Source: Dehalococcoidia bacterium (GTDB lineage Bacteria; Chloroflexota; Dehalococcoidia; Plut-88900). Taken from it: 64,000 nt of DNA. Every line of letters starts with the position of its first letter. Position 1 is the first letter of the stretch. Below are positions 9,060 through 19,282 of this stretch, in pieces. The stretch covers positions 1 to 64,000 of the forward strand of contig CBDBLV010000004.1 of the NCBI GenBank assembly GCA_965207225.1, given 5' to 3'. Made by a program: the position numbers and the translations under genes. Below the pieces are notes generated by a model, which was not told the origin of the DNA, did not search any database, and worked only from the letters and a program-made list of their open reading frames with translations.

Positions 9060-9754
9060 TCTGGGCACCCAATGTGGAGAATGCATCAGAAGTCGTTAAG
9101 GCAGCGTTGGCCGATATTGAGGCCGACGAAAGGCAACTGATCGCCAGTTCAGGTGAGATGTTCAAAGCCGACGGTGGTGCAGTTTATGGATTTGACCTCT
9201 TAGCGAATGCTGCCATAAATCGCGCCTTGGCCCTGTCTTCAGGCTTCAGGACATTGATCCTTGAACGGAATCTCGTTTGTGCAGGATCCCTAGTCCGGCT
9301 GCAACTGGATACCTCGCTCCGCCTATACGCCGGCTTCATTGTAGAGAAGCCACATGATTTCGCTATCAAAGTATTCGCGGGTAAGAACATCAGAAGGTTG
9401 AAAGACAAAGATGGCAACTCCATGACTGATCGGTACCTGGTTGAGAAACTGGCGAAGCAATATCCTTGGATCGAATCAGTTTACGAACGGGCGTCAGACT
9501 ACGTGCACCTGTCTGGTACCCATATCCTAAGTTCCGTGGAACTCATCGACAAACAGTCAGATGTTATAGGCTTGAAGGCTAGCTTCCTCGACAAGCCACT
9601 TTCAGACGACATCTATATTGATGCCATAAATGCATTCAGGCAATGCACACGCATCGTTGCTGACCATATTGAAGGTTGGATATGGACCAAGAATAATCCG
9701 GAAAAGATTGCCTCATTAACGGAGATGCGAGAACGGGAAAGTCATGGCATCTAG
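9056..9754 (+). CDS. Helical protein, putative HEPN/DUF5677-like
   Basis: AGSLVRLQLD and YERASDYVH (R-x5-H) pattern; ATGA overlap with res; AT-richer than res. Confidence 0.5.
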   Translation: MIWAPNVENASEVVKAALADIEADERQLIASSGEMFKADGGAVYGFDLLANAAINRALALSSGFRTLILERNLVCAGSLVRLQLDTSLRLYAGFIVEKPHDFAIKVFAGKNIRRLKDKDGNSMTDRYLVEKLAKQYPWIESVYERASDYVHLSGTHILSSVELIDKQSDVIGLKASFLDKPLSDDIYIDAINAFRQCTRIVADHIEGWIWTKNNPEKIASLTEMRERESHGI

Positions 9755-9934
9755 TTGGAGGCTCAACTTCTTCGCAATGGTTCTTGAACCGAGGTCGCAT
9801 CCCTGCATACGTATGCATCCCCAACTCAACCATCGACGCTCGGCTCACAGGTTGCAAGGCCGGATGAATGCCTAGTTCTGTATGACTTCGCCGTCTGCTT
9901 AGGGGATGACTAGATTGGGACTTCCCATCGAAAA

Positions 9935-9984
9935 GTTCGCAGTTTAGTAGGCTTTGGCCCACCAGACTTGACGAAATCAAGAAC
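9935..9984 (+). other. attL of the serine-recombinase integrative element
   Basis: Core GCCCACCAG (9957-9965) recurs at 29110-29118; arm GACTTGACGAAATCAAGAAC (9965-9984) is a 19/20 inverted match to 29088-29107. Confidence 0.85.
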
Positions 9985-10014
9985 TTTCCGCCTGTCTTTC
10001 AAGTTGGAGGTGTA

Positions 10015-11046
10015 ATGGGGCGGCTTAAGTTGCCGATAGGGAATGATCACGGAAGACACCACGTCACGTTAGTCGGCCTCGTAGTGGTCCTCTCCGTCAT
10101 GTCCCTGGCCGCATGTACTGACGAGTCGTCCACGCCGACCGACACCCCCACACCGATGCCCTCGGCAACGCCTACTCCCACGCCGACCGACACCCCTACA
10201 CCGGTGCCCTCGGCAACGCCTACTCCCACGCCGACTCACACGCCCACTCCAACCCCGACTGTTACGCCGACACCGACCAATACTCCCACGCCTACCGCGA
10301 CCCCGACTGCCGAGGAGATCATCCTGAATACGCCGGTAGAGATGCCGAGGGCGATGATGTTCGCCATGTGGAGTTGGGATGAGACAACAGATGAGATCAT
10401 CGTGACGGTCGAATTCCAAAACGACATTGAGTATAGGGGCGACCATGGCCTCTACTTCATCGCTTGCACGCCGTTCGCCATCGGCAAAACCGGCGCATAC
10501 TTCGGCTTGCAGACTGACGTGAACACAGGCCCCATCGGAGGCTGGCGCAACATAGGCAAGGGAGCCATTTTCTCCGTGTGGGATGTCCCGAGCGACAAAG
10601 GAGTTCGCGGTCCTGAAGACTCTTGGGTCGAGCAAGGAGACTACGAGGGTGATTTCCTTAGCGTGAGAAGGCCTTACGATTGGGGAGTTGGGCAGTACAC
10701 CCTGCGTATATCTGCCGAAGAGACTGATGAGGAAGGGCGCTGGTTTGGCTATTACGTTAACGACCTGTGGATAGGCTCTCTAAGAGTCCCGCTGGCCAAT
10801 GGTGGCGCAAGGATACAACCCTACTGCGGTAGCACCATAGAGGTCTACGGCGGCCCGCCCATAAAGCCCTCGGCCATCCCCTACTGGAACATCGTCGTGG
10901 CCCCACCGCAGGCGGACGGCCAGACCGCCGACCTGACGGAGACCTTTTATCCCGAGAACGTGGAGAGTCTCAGGAACACGCTCATCACTCGTGAGGATGT
11001 TGGGGTCCGCTTCGAGGTCGGGCTAGACTACATCGCGCATGAGTAG
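10015..11046 (+). CDS. Lipoprotein with Pro/Thr linker and C-terminal beta-rich (DUF3472-like) domain
   Basis: Lipobox SLAAC, PT repeats, GAYFGLQT...GAIFSVWD. Confidence 0.7.
   Translation: MGRLKLPIGNDHGRHHVTLVGLVVVLSVMSLAACTDESSTPTDTPTPMPSATPTPTPTDTPTPVPSATPTPTPTHTPTPTPTVTPTPTNTPTPTATPTAEEIILNTPVEMPRAMMFAMWSWDETTDEIIVTVEFQNDIEYRGDHGLYFIACTPFAIGKTGAYFGLQTDVNTGPIGGWRNIGKGAIFSVWDVPSDKGVRGPEDSWVEQGDYEGDFLSVRRPYDWGVGQYTLRISAEETDEEGRWFGYYVNDLWIGSLRVPLANGGARIQPYCGSTIEVYGGPPIKPSAIPYWNIVVAPPQADGQTADLTETFYPENVESLRNTLITREDVGVRFEVGLDYIAHE
10132..10310 (+). repeat. 48-bp tandem coding repeat (TPTDTPTP[M/V]PSATPTP)
   Basis: Near-identical units start at 10132 and 10180; a third, degenerating unit starts at 10228. 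Confidence 0.85.
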
Positions 11047-11333
11047 AGGCTGTAATGGCCCTGTAGTGGAGCACCGGGCCTACGGACGAACTGTCCCTAC
11101 TGCAATCGGCGAGGGCATCCATCGACGTTCGAGCGGGCAACCGAGAACTTCCGACTTTATGTTCGAAGCTGGAGGTTTAGGACCGGATACCGCGGCGAGG
11201 AAGTGTTGGATGACCAGGCCGGTCCTACTTCAATGAAGCCTCAGGGGGCGGTTCGCGGTTCTTGTAGCTCGCTAGACCCTCAATGCCAATGTGCTCTATA
11301 CTGCCACCAATATTGTACAGCGGCAGGAGGGAG

Positions 11334-11560
11334 ATGCCTACGCTCAATTTCAAGGGCAAGCAGCATATCTACGTCCATCACCTGACCGTCCCCTACCGGC
11401 CCTTATAGTTGAACGATGGCAGGGTCTCTCAACTCTCTTGCAGTTGATGACAACCTGATCATTGATGGGGATGACCTCCACACGCTGAAGGCCCTGTTGC
11501 CACACTACGGCCCGGTCGATAGCGAGGGTCTGGAGCGCCATGACAAATGGCTCGGCATGA
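11334..11560 (+). pseudogene. Remnant of a second type III Mod gene
   Basis: MPTLNFKGKQHIYVHHLTVPYRPL* (TAG 11406), then a frameshift to DDNLIIDGDDLHTLKALLPHY/GPVDSEGLERHDKWLGM; the DPPY region is missing. Confidence 0.75.
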
Positions 11561-11635
11561 TAGATACAATACAAGAACCCGGACGAACTGGTGAACTAGA
11601 GGATAATCGTAGTGTGCGAAAGGGAGAGAAACACC

Positions 11636-11908
11636 TTGCCGAAATCGAGACAACCACGCGATACATACAGATACACCTTGCGGGGCAAGAATAACGAAAT
11701 CTTGTACTATGGGATCACGACGGACCCCAACCGCAGAGCCGCCGAGCACAAGAGGAACGGCAACCCAGGCAAGATGCGCATCGAAGGCCCACGGGCAACG
11801 AAAGGCACGGCCTTGAAATGGGAGCCAGAGCGCATAATTCAATACAGGAAGCGTAATGGGCCTGATACGTTGAACAACCGAACGTTTCGAATCCGGCGCG
11901 GCTTCTAA
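11636..11908 (+). CDS. Small GIY-YIG-like nuclease
   Basis: TYRYTL...LYYGITTDPNRRAAEH pattern; probable TTG start at 11636. Confidence 0.65.
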   Translation: MPKSRQPRDTYRYTLRGKNNEILYYGITTDPNRRAAEHKRNGNPGKMRIEGPRATKGTALKWEPERIIQYRKRNGPDTLNNRTFRIRRGF

Positions 11909-11967
11909 TCGGCAGAGGACGCTGTGTCTGACCAGCAGGTCTCCAAAGTGATCGACGCTCTCCAGCG

Positions 11968-12341
11968 GTACACGTGACGGTAAGCATCAGGAATCCGGCT
12001 GAGCCGGAGCGAGTCTGGGAAGTTTGTTCCTAGTCGACACTGGCGCGACCGATTGTCTCGTGCCAAGGCACCATCTGGAGTCAATAGGTCTCGCGCCCGA
12101 GGGTCACAGGGTGTACGAGTTGGCCGACGGGAGCGAAACCCGCCTAGGTGTCGCCGTAGCACGGGTGGAGTTCATGGGAGAGTTCGTTGGAGCAACGGTC
12201 GTGTTCGGCGAACCAGAAGCCGAGCCGTTGCTCGGAGTGACCGCCTTGGAGTAGGTAGGGATCGAAGTGGATCCGCGCAACCAGACGCTCAAGCGGCTGC
12301 CCGCAGTGCGATTGAAATGTTCAGGGCGGCGTACCAGCTAG
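11968..12341 (+). pseudogene. Clan AA aspartic protease (AF_0612-like) pseudogene
   Basis: VHVTVSIRNP... then a frameshift near 12020 to FLVDTGATD...ELADG...PLLGVTALE*VGIEVDPRNQTLKRLP; in-frame TAG at 12252; 5' truncated. Confidence 0.8.
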
Positions 12342-12351
12342 TCCAACAGTC

Positions 12352-14859
12352 GTGGAACCGGTCCAGGGGAACGATAAGGGAATCGCAGTGCCCAACGGAG
12401 GTGAACATTACGAACGCCTAGGCGTCTGTCCGTTATGTGGAAGTCCCAGAATTCGCATCAGGCGGAGGAGACACCATCGCCTGCTGTGGAGATGTCGCAG
12501 ATGCAACCGAGTGTTCGGGACCCCCAAGGTAGCTCAGCACATCATCCCGCCGGGACACGATGGAAGCGGCCTTGTCCATGCCGAATCAATCCCACAGATG
12601 GAAAGACGTGCCAGGCGGCACAATACACGAGGCATCCGACGTTCATTCACCCGGACAGCTGCTACTGCTGCGGTCTTGGTCCTTCTGCTGGGGGCTGTTG
12701 GGTACCTGATCTTCATCGCTGAGCTTGGGCGCGACAGTGGTGGGATTGATCAACGCCCCGGTTTGGATGAATCTCTCCCGTCGGTCGGTCTTCAGTCTCC
12801 AACTCCCAATAGCACAGTTGCGAATTGGGCCACTTCAGGCTCGCCCACAACGGCAAGAACTGTTCAGGTCGTCACGGCTACGACGACGCTACCCTCCAGC
12901 ACTCCCGGGCCATCCAACACGCCTGCTCTTCTGCCGACCGTCACAGCCGCGCCAGTACCCTCGGCAACTCCAACGCATATGCCGACTACCACAGCCACGC
13001 CAGTGCCCCCAGCGACGCCAACGCACATGCCGACGGCTACGGTCACGCCAATGCCCTCAGCGACACCAACGCACATGCCGACGGCCACTCCTCACCCTAG
13101 TTTGACCTCCATACATGACACCCAGCACGCCCGATGGCTGGAAGGAGTCAACCCTGTCCTGGCCCGCCAGATTTTCAACTTGGCATGGGCCCGCGCGGAC
13201 GGACTTTCTGATCCGGAACGCTCAACCATAGAGAAGTTGATCTACATTGGTGCTGGCAGGTTTGCCGACCTGGAGGCGGTCTTACGTTTGCCCTGGGTGC
13301 AAGATTCTATCTCTCGGGTGGAATACAATACCATTGATAGGCTTACGGTGTTCAAGTATGAAGATCCGGCAAACCTATCGACAGTCGTCGCTCTACCCTG
13401 GGTGCAAGACTCTATCTCGAAGGTCGAGCACGACATCATCGACTGGCTCGCAAGTGTCGAATACCACGACCCGCAAGCGGTGTCTGCGATTCTCGCAATG
13501 CCATTTCTGAGTTCTCCTGATACCACCGATGTGTTGGCCTTACAGGGAATGTACTCTATGGGGGCAGGGAGACTCTCGGCCCTTATGGAACATTCCGTTT
13601 TCCGAGAAGGGATAACTGAGGCTGAAACAACACTGATTGCCGCCGTGGGCACTCTCGACAACACCGACGAGATGAGGAGGGTGCTGGAGCCTGGAGCAGC
13701 ATCCATTGAAACCGAGACCCCTGGCACGCGCCTAACTCCTGATCTGAGAGTCAGCATCGTTCGCACCGATAGCCAGTCCAGGCCGGGCACCATGGAGGCG
13801 ACGCGAAACTTGATAGAGTTTGCTGAGGACACAATGGGGCTGCCTCTGCCGGTAAACCACGTGATTATCGTCCTGAATGAACATGCGACCGACCATGGCA
13901 TTGATGCCGCAGGGCTCGCCCATGGCTTTGCCTTTAGCTTCCGGCCTGAGTACGAACAACGGCGGGGGTGGGACACTGCCGAACTCCAGTATCTTGACCA
14001 AGGCTTCCTCCATGAGACCGCCCACTACTATTGGATAGGCAACGAGGGCTGGATGGACGAAGGGCTGGCCAACATAATCGAATACATGTACAGCAGAAGG
14101 AGCGGATTGAGCCGGGGCCAGTTGCAGCCCTCGCGCGGGGACTGTGAGGCCCACGATCTGGCAATGATCTCAGAATGGGACCCTGCCCCAGGCGACTCAG
14201 AGTACGGCTGCACCTACTACCTAGGGCAGCTATTCTTCCAAGAATTGCTTGAAAGCGCGGGTGCAGGTGCATTCAGCGTCGGGCTGAAGGAACTCTACCA
14301 GTTATCTTTGGAAGAGCAAGCGGCGGGCCGCCCTGCCGGCATCGCTCAGGTTCGGCAGGTCTTTGGCGAACAGACTGCAATCATTGATCGGCATTGGTCG
14401 GGCGGGTTGAACGCCCCGGAGAACCGTCCCTTTGATGAAGGCATAGAGCGCACTATGCACGACCTGATTGAATGGGTCCAATACCCGACGTATGAAGGAC
14501 GCTCTGTCAGCTTTGAAGTGGCGCTGCTGGGCGATTCAATCTTGGGAGGGAGTGACCCTAGCTCCAGCCTGCATTTTTTGTTGTCGGGTGCAGACAGTTA
14601 CGACTTTGTAGGTTGGATACTTTCGCCAGGACCTGGATGGGTTCTCCAGGACCCCGGCGATGTGGTCGCCATTACGTATAGCTACGTCAACACTGCGGAA
14701 ATGCGGTCGTTCATCGTAGAGTTTCCTTTCCCTCAAAAACTGGACGGACCCCCGTCGGATTATGTTGTTGAAGTGCTGGGGTTTCAAGATGCCAGCGGCA
14801 CGCCGACAATTGGGGAAGACATCGACCTTCTAGGTTATGCCCGTATTCGGGTGCCCTAG
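12352..14859 (+). CDS. Membrane-anchored gluzincin/M1-like metallopeptidase with N-terminal Zn ribbon and PT linker
   Basis: CPLC..CRRC, one TM helix, 16-aa PT repeats, HETAHYYW...WMDEGLA (HExxH plus downstream E). Confidence 0.7.
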   Translation: MEPVQGNDKGIAVPNGGEHYERLGVCPLCGSPRIRIRRRRHHRLLWRCRRCNRVFGTPKVAQHIIPPGHDGSGLVHAESIPQMERRARRHNTRGIRRSFTRTAATAAVLVLLLGAVGYLIFIAELGRDSGGIDQRPGLDESLPSVGLQSPTPNSTVANWATSGSPTTARTVQVVTATTTLPSSTPGPSNTPALLPTVTAAPVPSATPTHMPTTTATPVPPATPTHMPTATVTPMPSATPTHMPTATPHPSLTSIHDTQHARWLEGVNPVLARQIFNLAWARADGLSDPERSTIEKLIYIGAGRFADLEAVLRLPWVQDSISRVEYNTIDRLTVFKYEDPANLSTVVALPWVQDSISKVEHDIIDWLASVEYHDPQAVSAILAMPFLSSPDTTDVLALQGMYSMGAGRLSALMEHSVFREGITEAETTLIAAVGTLDNTDEMRRVLEPGAASIETETPGTRLTPDLRVSIVRTDSQSRPGTMEATRNLIEFAEDTMGLPLPVNHVIIVLNEHATDHGIDAAGLAHGFAFSFRPEYEQRRGWDTAELQYLDQGFLHETAHYYWIGNEGWMDEGLANIIEYMYSRRSGLSRGQLQPSRGDCEAHDLAMISEWDPAPGDSEYGCTYYLGQLFFQELLESAGAGAFSVGLKELYQLSLEEQAAGRPAGIAQVRQVFGEQTAIIDRHWSGGLNAPENRPFDEGIERTMHDLIEWVQYPTYEGRSVSFEVALLGDSILGGSDPSSSLHFLLSGADSYDFVGWILSPGPGWVLQDPGDVVAITYSYVNTAEMRSFIVEFPFPQKLDGPPSDYVVEVLGFQDASGTPTIGEDIDLLGYARIRVP

Positions 14860-14889
14860 TCAAAACCATGCTTGGGGCACCTATGGAAA

Positions 14890-15288
14890 CTATGGTGCTG
14901 GCACGAAACGTATCAGTCCGGTCTTTCCGCTTACCGTCATTTCGAACTGGCAAAGAACGTCCCGTCCGACGATGGCGTCCCAAGGATGCCCCATTCGTCT
15001 GAGCGGCACTCCAACGACGGGCGAGGGAACGGCGACATCCAACGACGGTATGTATAGGTCCGCTCTGAACTTAGGGTATTCACCCGTGCCAGTCGCTCCG
15101 GTCACCTCGTGCGTTCCTTGCTCGGACAGTTGCAGCGATGTAGCGAAAGCGATGTCAATACACGAAATACCGGCCCCTGTGTCCAGCAATGCCAGCCCGC
15201 CTCTCCCTGCTACGACTACGCGGATGGGAGGCCCGTCCCACCTAAGCAGTTCTGGAGAAACCCGGTACTGAACTGGTCCCGTAATCAT
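14890..15288 (-). CDS. Retropepsin-like aspartyl protease
   Basis: ALLDTGAGISCID and AIVGRDVL; ATG 15288 overlaps the upstream stop (ATGA). Confidence 0.85.
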   Translation of the reverse strand: MITGPVQYRVSPELLRWDGPPIRVVVAGRGGLALLDTGAGISCIDIAFATSLQLSEQGTHEVTGATGTGEYPKFRADLYIPSLDVAVPSPVVGVPLRRMGHPWDAIVGRDVLCQFEMTVSGKTGLIRFVPAP

Positions 15289-15533
15289 TGACTGTAGGAG
15301 AGGATGTATGCCTCCGACCCCACCCGGCGAATCAGGCATTCTAGGTCGTTCAGCCCGAGTTGCCGCGCCGCTTCCACCGCATGGTCGTAGGACTCATAGC
15401 CGTCTCCCACCAGCTTCGAGTCGTAGATGACGACCCACTGGCCTAGGTAGTCGCGTTCCAAATCCCCCCGCATCCGATGGTAAGCTATCAACTGGTCGAT
15501 CATCGGATGTTTAAGTCTCTCGGCAGTTACCAT
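15285..15533 (-). CDS. DUF5678-like small protein
   Basis: LERDYLGQWVVIYDSKLVG...YDHAVEAA...IRRVG pattern, coupled to the aspartyl protease. Confidence 0.7.
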   Translation of the reverse strand: MVTAERLKHPMIDQLIAYHRMRGDLERDYLGQWVVIYDSKLVGDGYESYDHAVEAARQLGLNDLECLIRRVGSEAYILSYSQ

Positions 15534-15741
15534 AGCAGTTCTCCGGTGAGAATGATTATTGGCAGACCCAACTAGGTTGTATCTTACACACCTAGCAATC
15601 CTCTGACAATCTGATTACAAAGGCCCGCAATGGACTGGAGGCGTGAATGTGAGGCGACGATGTGCTGTCTATCTGAATCTCGAAGCCGACTTTTCCGTCA
15701 AGTTGATCAGTGCCGACAACTCCTTCTGCTCTCCTTGATGT

Positions 15742-16185
15742 ATGTCTCTCTCAGAACACCAGCTGCTCGACGCCCTGAGCCGGATGCCCTTCGTCTAATC
15801 GACGGAGCTGGCCCTCATCCTGGGGGAGCCACACGCGACCGTCCACCGCTATCTCACCGAGCTGCTGGCCGACGGCGTCGTGGGGAAGGCCACCCACGGC
15901 ACTGTCCACCTGCCGTCGAGCGGGAGGTACTTCATCACCGCCAACGGCATCAGGGAGGCCGCCGATCTCCTGAACTTCGACACGCCCTCGGACTTCGTGC
16001 GGGCCTACCCCATGTCCAGGGAGTGGCTGACGCTGCTCCTGCGCAGGATGGACGCCGTGGCCGCCGTCTACCGCCTCGCCGCCTCGATGTCCCCTGGCAT
16101 CGACGGGCTCCGTTCCCGCGTGGAGTTCCACCGCATGGGACGCTTCGACGCCACCATCACTATCCGTGAGGGCCGGAGATTCTGA
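15742..16185 (+). pseudogene. Truncated paralogous copy of the replication-relaxation gene
   Basis: MSLSEHQLLDALSRMPFV*STEL... aligns with 17667-~18090; TAA at 15796 where the long copy has GAA; ends after RFDATITI. Confidence 0.85.
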
Positions 16186-16287
16186 ATTACTCTTCGTCCA
16201 GTCATCCTAGGCGCATTGCTCAGCATCGCGGCTGTCTGCCACAGGCGGGAAAGGCCATTTTCAACGACTCTAATCCTGGCGGCGACC

Positions 16288-16743
16288 CTAAAGGGAAAAC
16301 TCCACTTTGCCGATGATTGCTCCGATGGACTGTGAGTCTGATTTGTACAGGGTTACGCAGAATCCTAGCTTTCGATAGAAGGTTTCGAGTTTTGGAAAGT
16401 GGTCTCTGTCGATCCTAGCAAGCTCCCCCCAAAGCACGTGATTGCCCCGTTTCCTACATTCGCGGATTATCTCCTGGACCAGCATCGTGCCTATCCCTCG
16501 GCTTTCCACGAATGGGTTCACCCTTACATCCAAGAGTTTTGCCATTTCAAGCAATCTTCCTTGTCTGTCGTGGGTTAGAACGGAAGCTTCAGACAACCCT
16601 CCAGTGACAGATACTGGTCTACAGAACCATTCTACGAGCCCTAGCTCGTCCTCATGCTGAAAGACTCTAAAAGACGCGCCGTAACGATCAGACCAATCGA
16701 ACTGTCGAACAGCGCCCTCAGAATATAGGTCAATACCTCGCAC
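16288..16743 (-). CDS. GNAT-family acetyltransferase
   Basis: VNPFVESRGIGTMLV and FYRKLGF motifs. Confidence 0.8.
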   Translation of the reverse strand: MRGIDLYSEGAVRQFDWSDRYGASFRVFQHEDELGLVEWFCRPVSVTGGLSEASVLTHDRQGRLLEMAKLLDVRVNPFVESRGIGTMLVQEIIRECRKRGNHVLWGELARIDRDHFPKLETFYRKLGFCVTLYKSDSQSIGAIIGKVEFSL

Positions 16744-17001
16744 TAGTGTCTTCTACCTCCTTCTTCCAATAACATCCCATGTGCTTGGAACAGTTGACAA
16801 GGCCAGAGATAATGGTCTATGAGTGATGAATCAGGTACCCGCTGAGCGGGCGCTGCGCTAATGCTCGGCGCACGGTACGCTCAATTGTACGGGTGAATAG
16901 CCCGAAGGTAATCACGTACAAGAACTTCAACGTGATTGCCGGGGGCTGCGATTGGGTACAGCGTCACTGTGTCACTCATGACGTGCTTCAGGCTATCACA
17001 G

Positions 17002-17499
17002 TCAGGGCGACTGAAATAAGGCGTCCATCACGTCACCAGCATCCACGCCGGTACCAAATAGGATCCAGCAACCGGCCGCGGCCAATCCCCGTACATCGTC
17101 GTCGGTCATCGCGTCTATGAACGATCGATCGAATTCAGGGTCGGACAGCATTAGTGCCCGAAGAGCCGTCGCGCTTATGGCCTCGTATGCCGCGACGCAC
17201 TGCTGAACTACCGTCGCCTCAGACGAAGTCGCTGCCCCCGGAGGTCCTGACACTCCCGGTTCTCCCTGCCGTCCGGGTGGTCCAGCCGGACCGGGAACAC
17301 CGGGGTCTCCTTGTCGCCCGTCCAATCCCCGCGGGCCTTGCGGCCCCGGAGGGCCTTCAGGGATTTCGATCTGCGCCACTTCGGTTTGAACGATTTGCCG
17401 GATGTCATTTTCGTCTAGGTTGGGTGCGCATGCGGCAAGTGTTAGAGTCGCAATCGCGACGAGTATGAGGGTTCTCACGAGAGGTCCTTTAAACAGCAA
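17002..17499 (-). CDS. Collagen-like lipoprotein
   Basis: Lipobox TLAAC; 14 consecutive G-X-Y triplets (GPPGPQGPR...GPPGAA). Confidence 0.8.
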   Translation of the reverse strand: MLFKGPLVRTLILVAIATLTLAACAPNLDENDIRQIVQTEVAQIEIPEGPPGPQGPRGLDGRQGDPGVPGPAGPPGRQGEPGVSGPPGAATSSEATVVQQCVAAYEAISATALRALMLSDPEFDRSFIDAMTDDDVRGLAAAGCWILFGTGVDAGDVMDALFQSP

Positions 17500-19282
17500 G
17501 GTTGTGGATTCTGCAACTTACTTCCCAATGTAACACTCCTCTAGCCTTGCGTTCGGACCGCCGACCTTACATGCGACGTTCTTCCCGTTCACAATTGGAT
17601 AGTGGGCAAATGCCGACTACAGCAGGAGGCGGATACTACACAGCGAAGGAGTGAGAACCTCAAAAATTGGCACTCTCTGACCGACAATTGCTCGACGCCC
17701 TCAGCCGGATGCCGTTCGTCGAATCGACGGAGCTGGCGCTCATCCTGGGCGAGCCCCACGCGACCGTCCACCGCAGGCTGTCCGAGTTGCTGGCCGACGG
17801 TATCGTCGGGAAGGTCACTCACGGCACCGTGCACCTGCCGTCGAGCGGGAGATACTGCCTGACGGCCAACGGAGTCAAAGAGACTGCCGAGGTCTTGGAC
17901 TTTGCCACGCCCTCTGACTTCGTGCGGGCCTATCCGATGTCCAAGGAGTGGCTGACCCTGCTGTTGCGCAGAATGGACGCTGTTGCCTCCTTCTACCGCC
18001 TTGCCGCCACCATGTCACCCGGAACGGACGGACAACGGTCCCGCGTGGAGTTCCACCGCAGGGGGCGCTTCGACGCCACCATCACCCTCCACGACGGCCG
18101 GGACTTCGGCATCGTCCGCCAGGGCCTGGCCCTGCGCAGACGCTCCCTCCACGACCGACTGCGGACCTTGGCGCACTACGACCACAGCCGCCGCCCCGGA
18201 ATTGTGCTGATCCTGGTTCCCAGCGACTGGGAGGAGCGGCTGACGGCGCGGTTCTGCGAGGGCATCGACCTGGAGGAGTACTATGTGGCCGCCGAGTCGC
18301 GGGCCGCGTTGGAACGGCGGGACCGGCGCCTGTGGTGCGCCACCTCGTGGACGGGCGGCATCACCTTCCGTACGCTGGAGGCTGTGATGTCCCAAGGCAG
18401 TCGCGGCGGGAAGTCATCCTCCGGGCCGGAGCGCAAACGGGCCTCCCTGCCCGACCCTGAACGCATGACGCAGGCTGCGCCGGCCTTCGGCATCAGTCCG
18501 TCGGAGAAGCGCACCCTTGACCTCGTCTCCGACCACCCGATGATCCCCCGCGAGCACCTGGCCACCTGGGTCGGCGTCTCCGAGGGAAGGGTCAGCCAGA
18601 TGATGCATAACTTGGTGAAGACCTGGGGCCTGGTGGAGCGTCACGGCAAACGGGGTGACGTGCGCTACACCCTGTCCGACGAGGGGATACGCTACGTGAC
18701 CTACCGGGACCGGGCCGAGCTGCCCACCACGCGGGGCATCTGGAGCACGGAGCTGACTGCTGACAAAGATGGTCGCACCCGTCACGTGGGCCACCGCATC
18801 GAGACGTGGGCGCGGCAGACGAAGCACGCCGACGGCATCACGTGGTTCCTGTCGAAGCTCCAGGCCGAGACCCGTACCGACCCCGACAGCGCGCTGGTGT
18901 GGGTTGTCCCCACGGCCCGGTCCGACCGGGCCTACAACTGGGGCCGCTCCGCCATCGCCCCCGACGCCGTGGGGCAGCTTCTCGCCGAGGGCCATCCTGT
19001 GCCCTTCTACCTTGAGCACGAACTCAGAGCCCGTCACCCCAGGGGAGTGATCGCCCGCTTGGACCCCTACGAAGACTACTACTGGTCGAATGAGCAGAAA
19101 GAGGACCTGCCGCCGTTCCCCGTCACGCTGTTCGTCGTGGACACCGAGGAGGTGGAGGAGACCTACGTGAGCACGGCAGGCCGGATGTGTCGTTACCCAA
19201 GATCTTTGAGCCAGGTTACCCACGAACATTGAGCCACCCTGAACGCCGATGATACGGATTATGACAGGATGCTATCGGCGGT

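Noticed and set aside
12252-12254. In-frame TAG as recoding (pyrrolysine or readthrough)
   Set aside because: The same gene is also frameshifted and 5' truncated, so decay is the simpler explanation
16193-16203. TTCGTCCAGTC, an 11-bp match to the attP arm at the end of the relaxase fragment
   Set aside because: No GCCCACC core or second arm; a match this short could be chance
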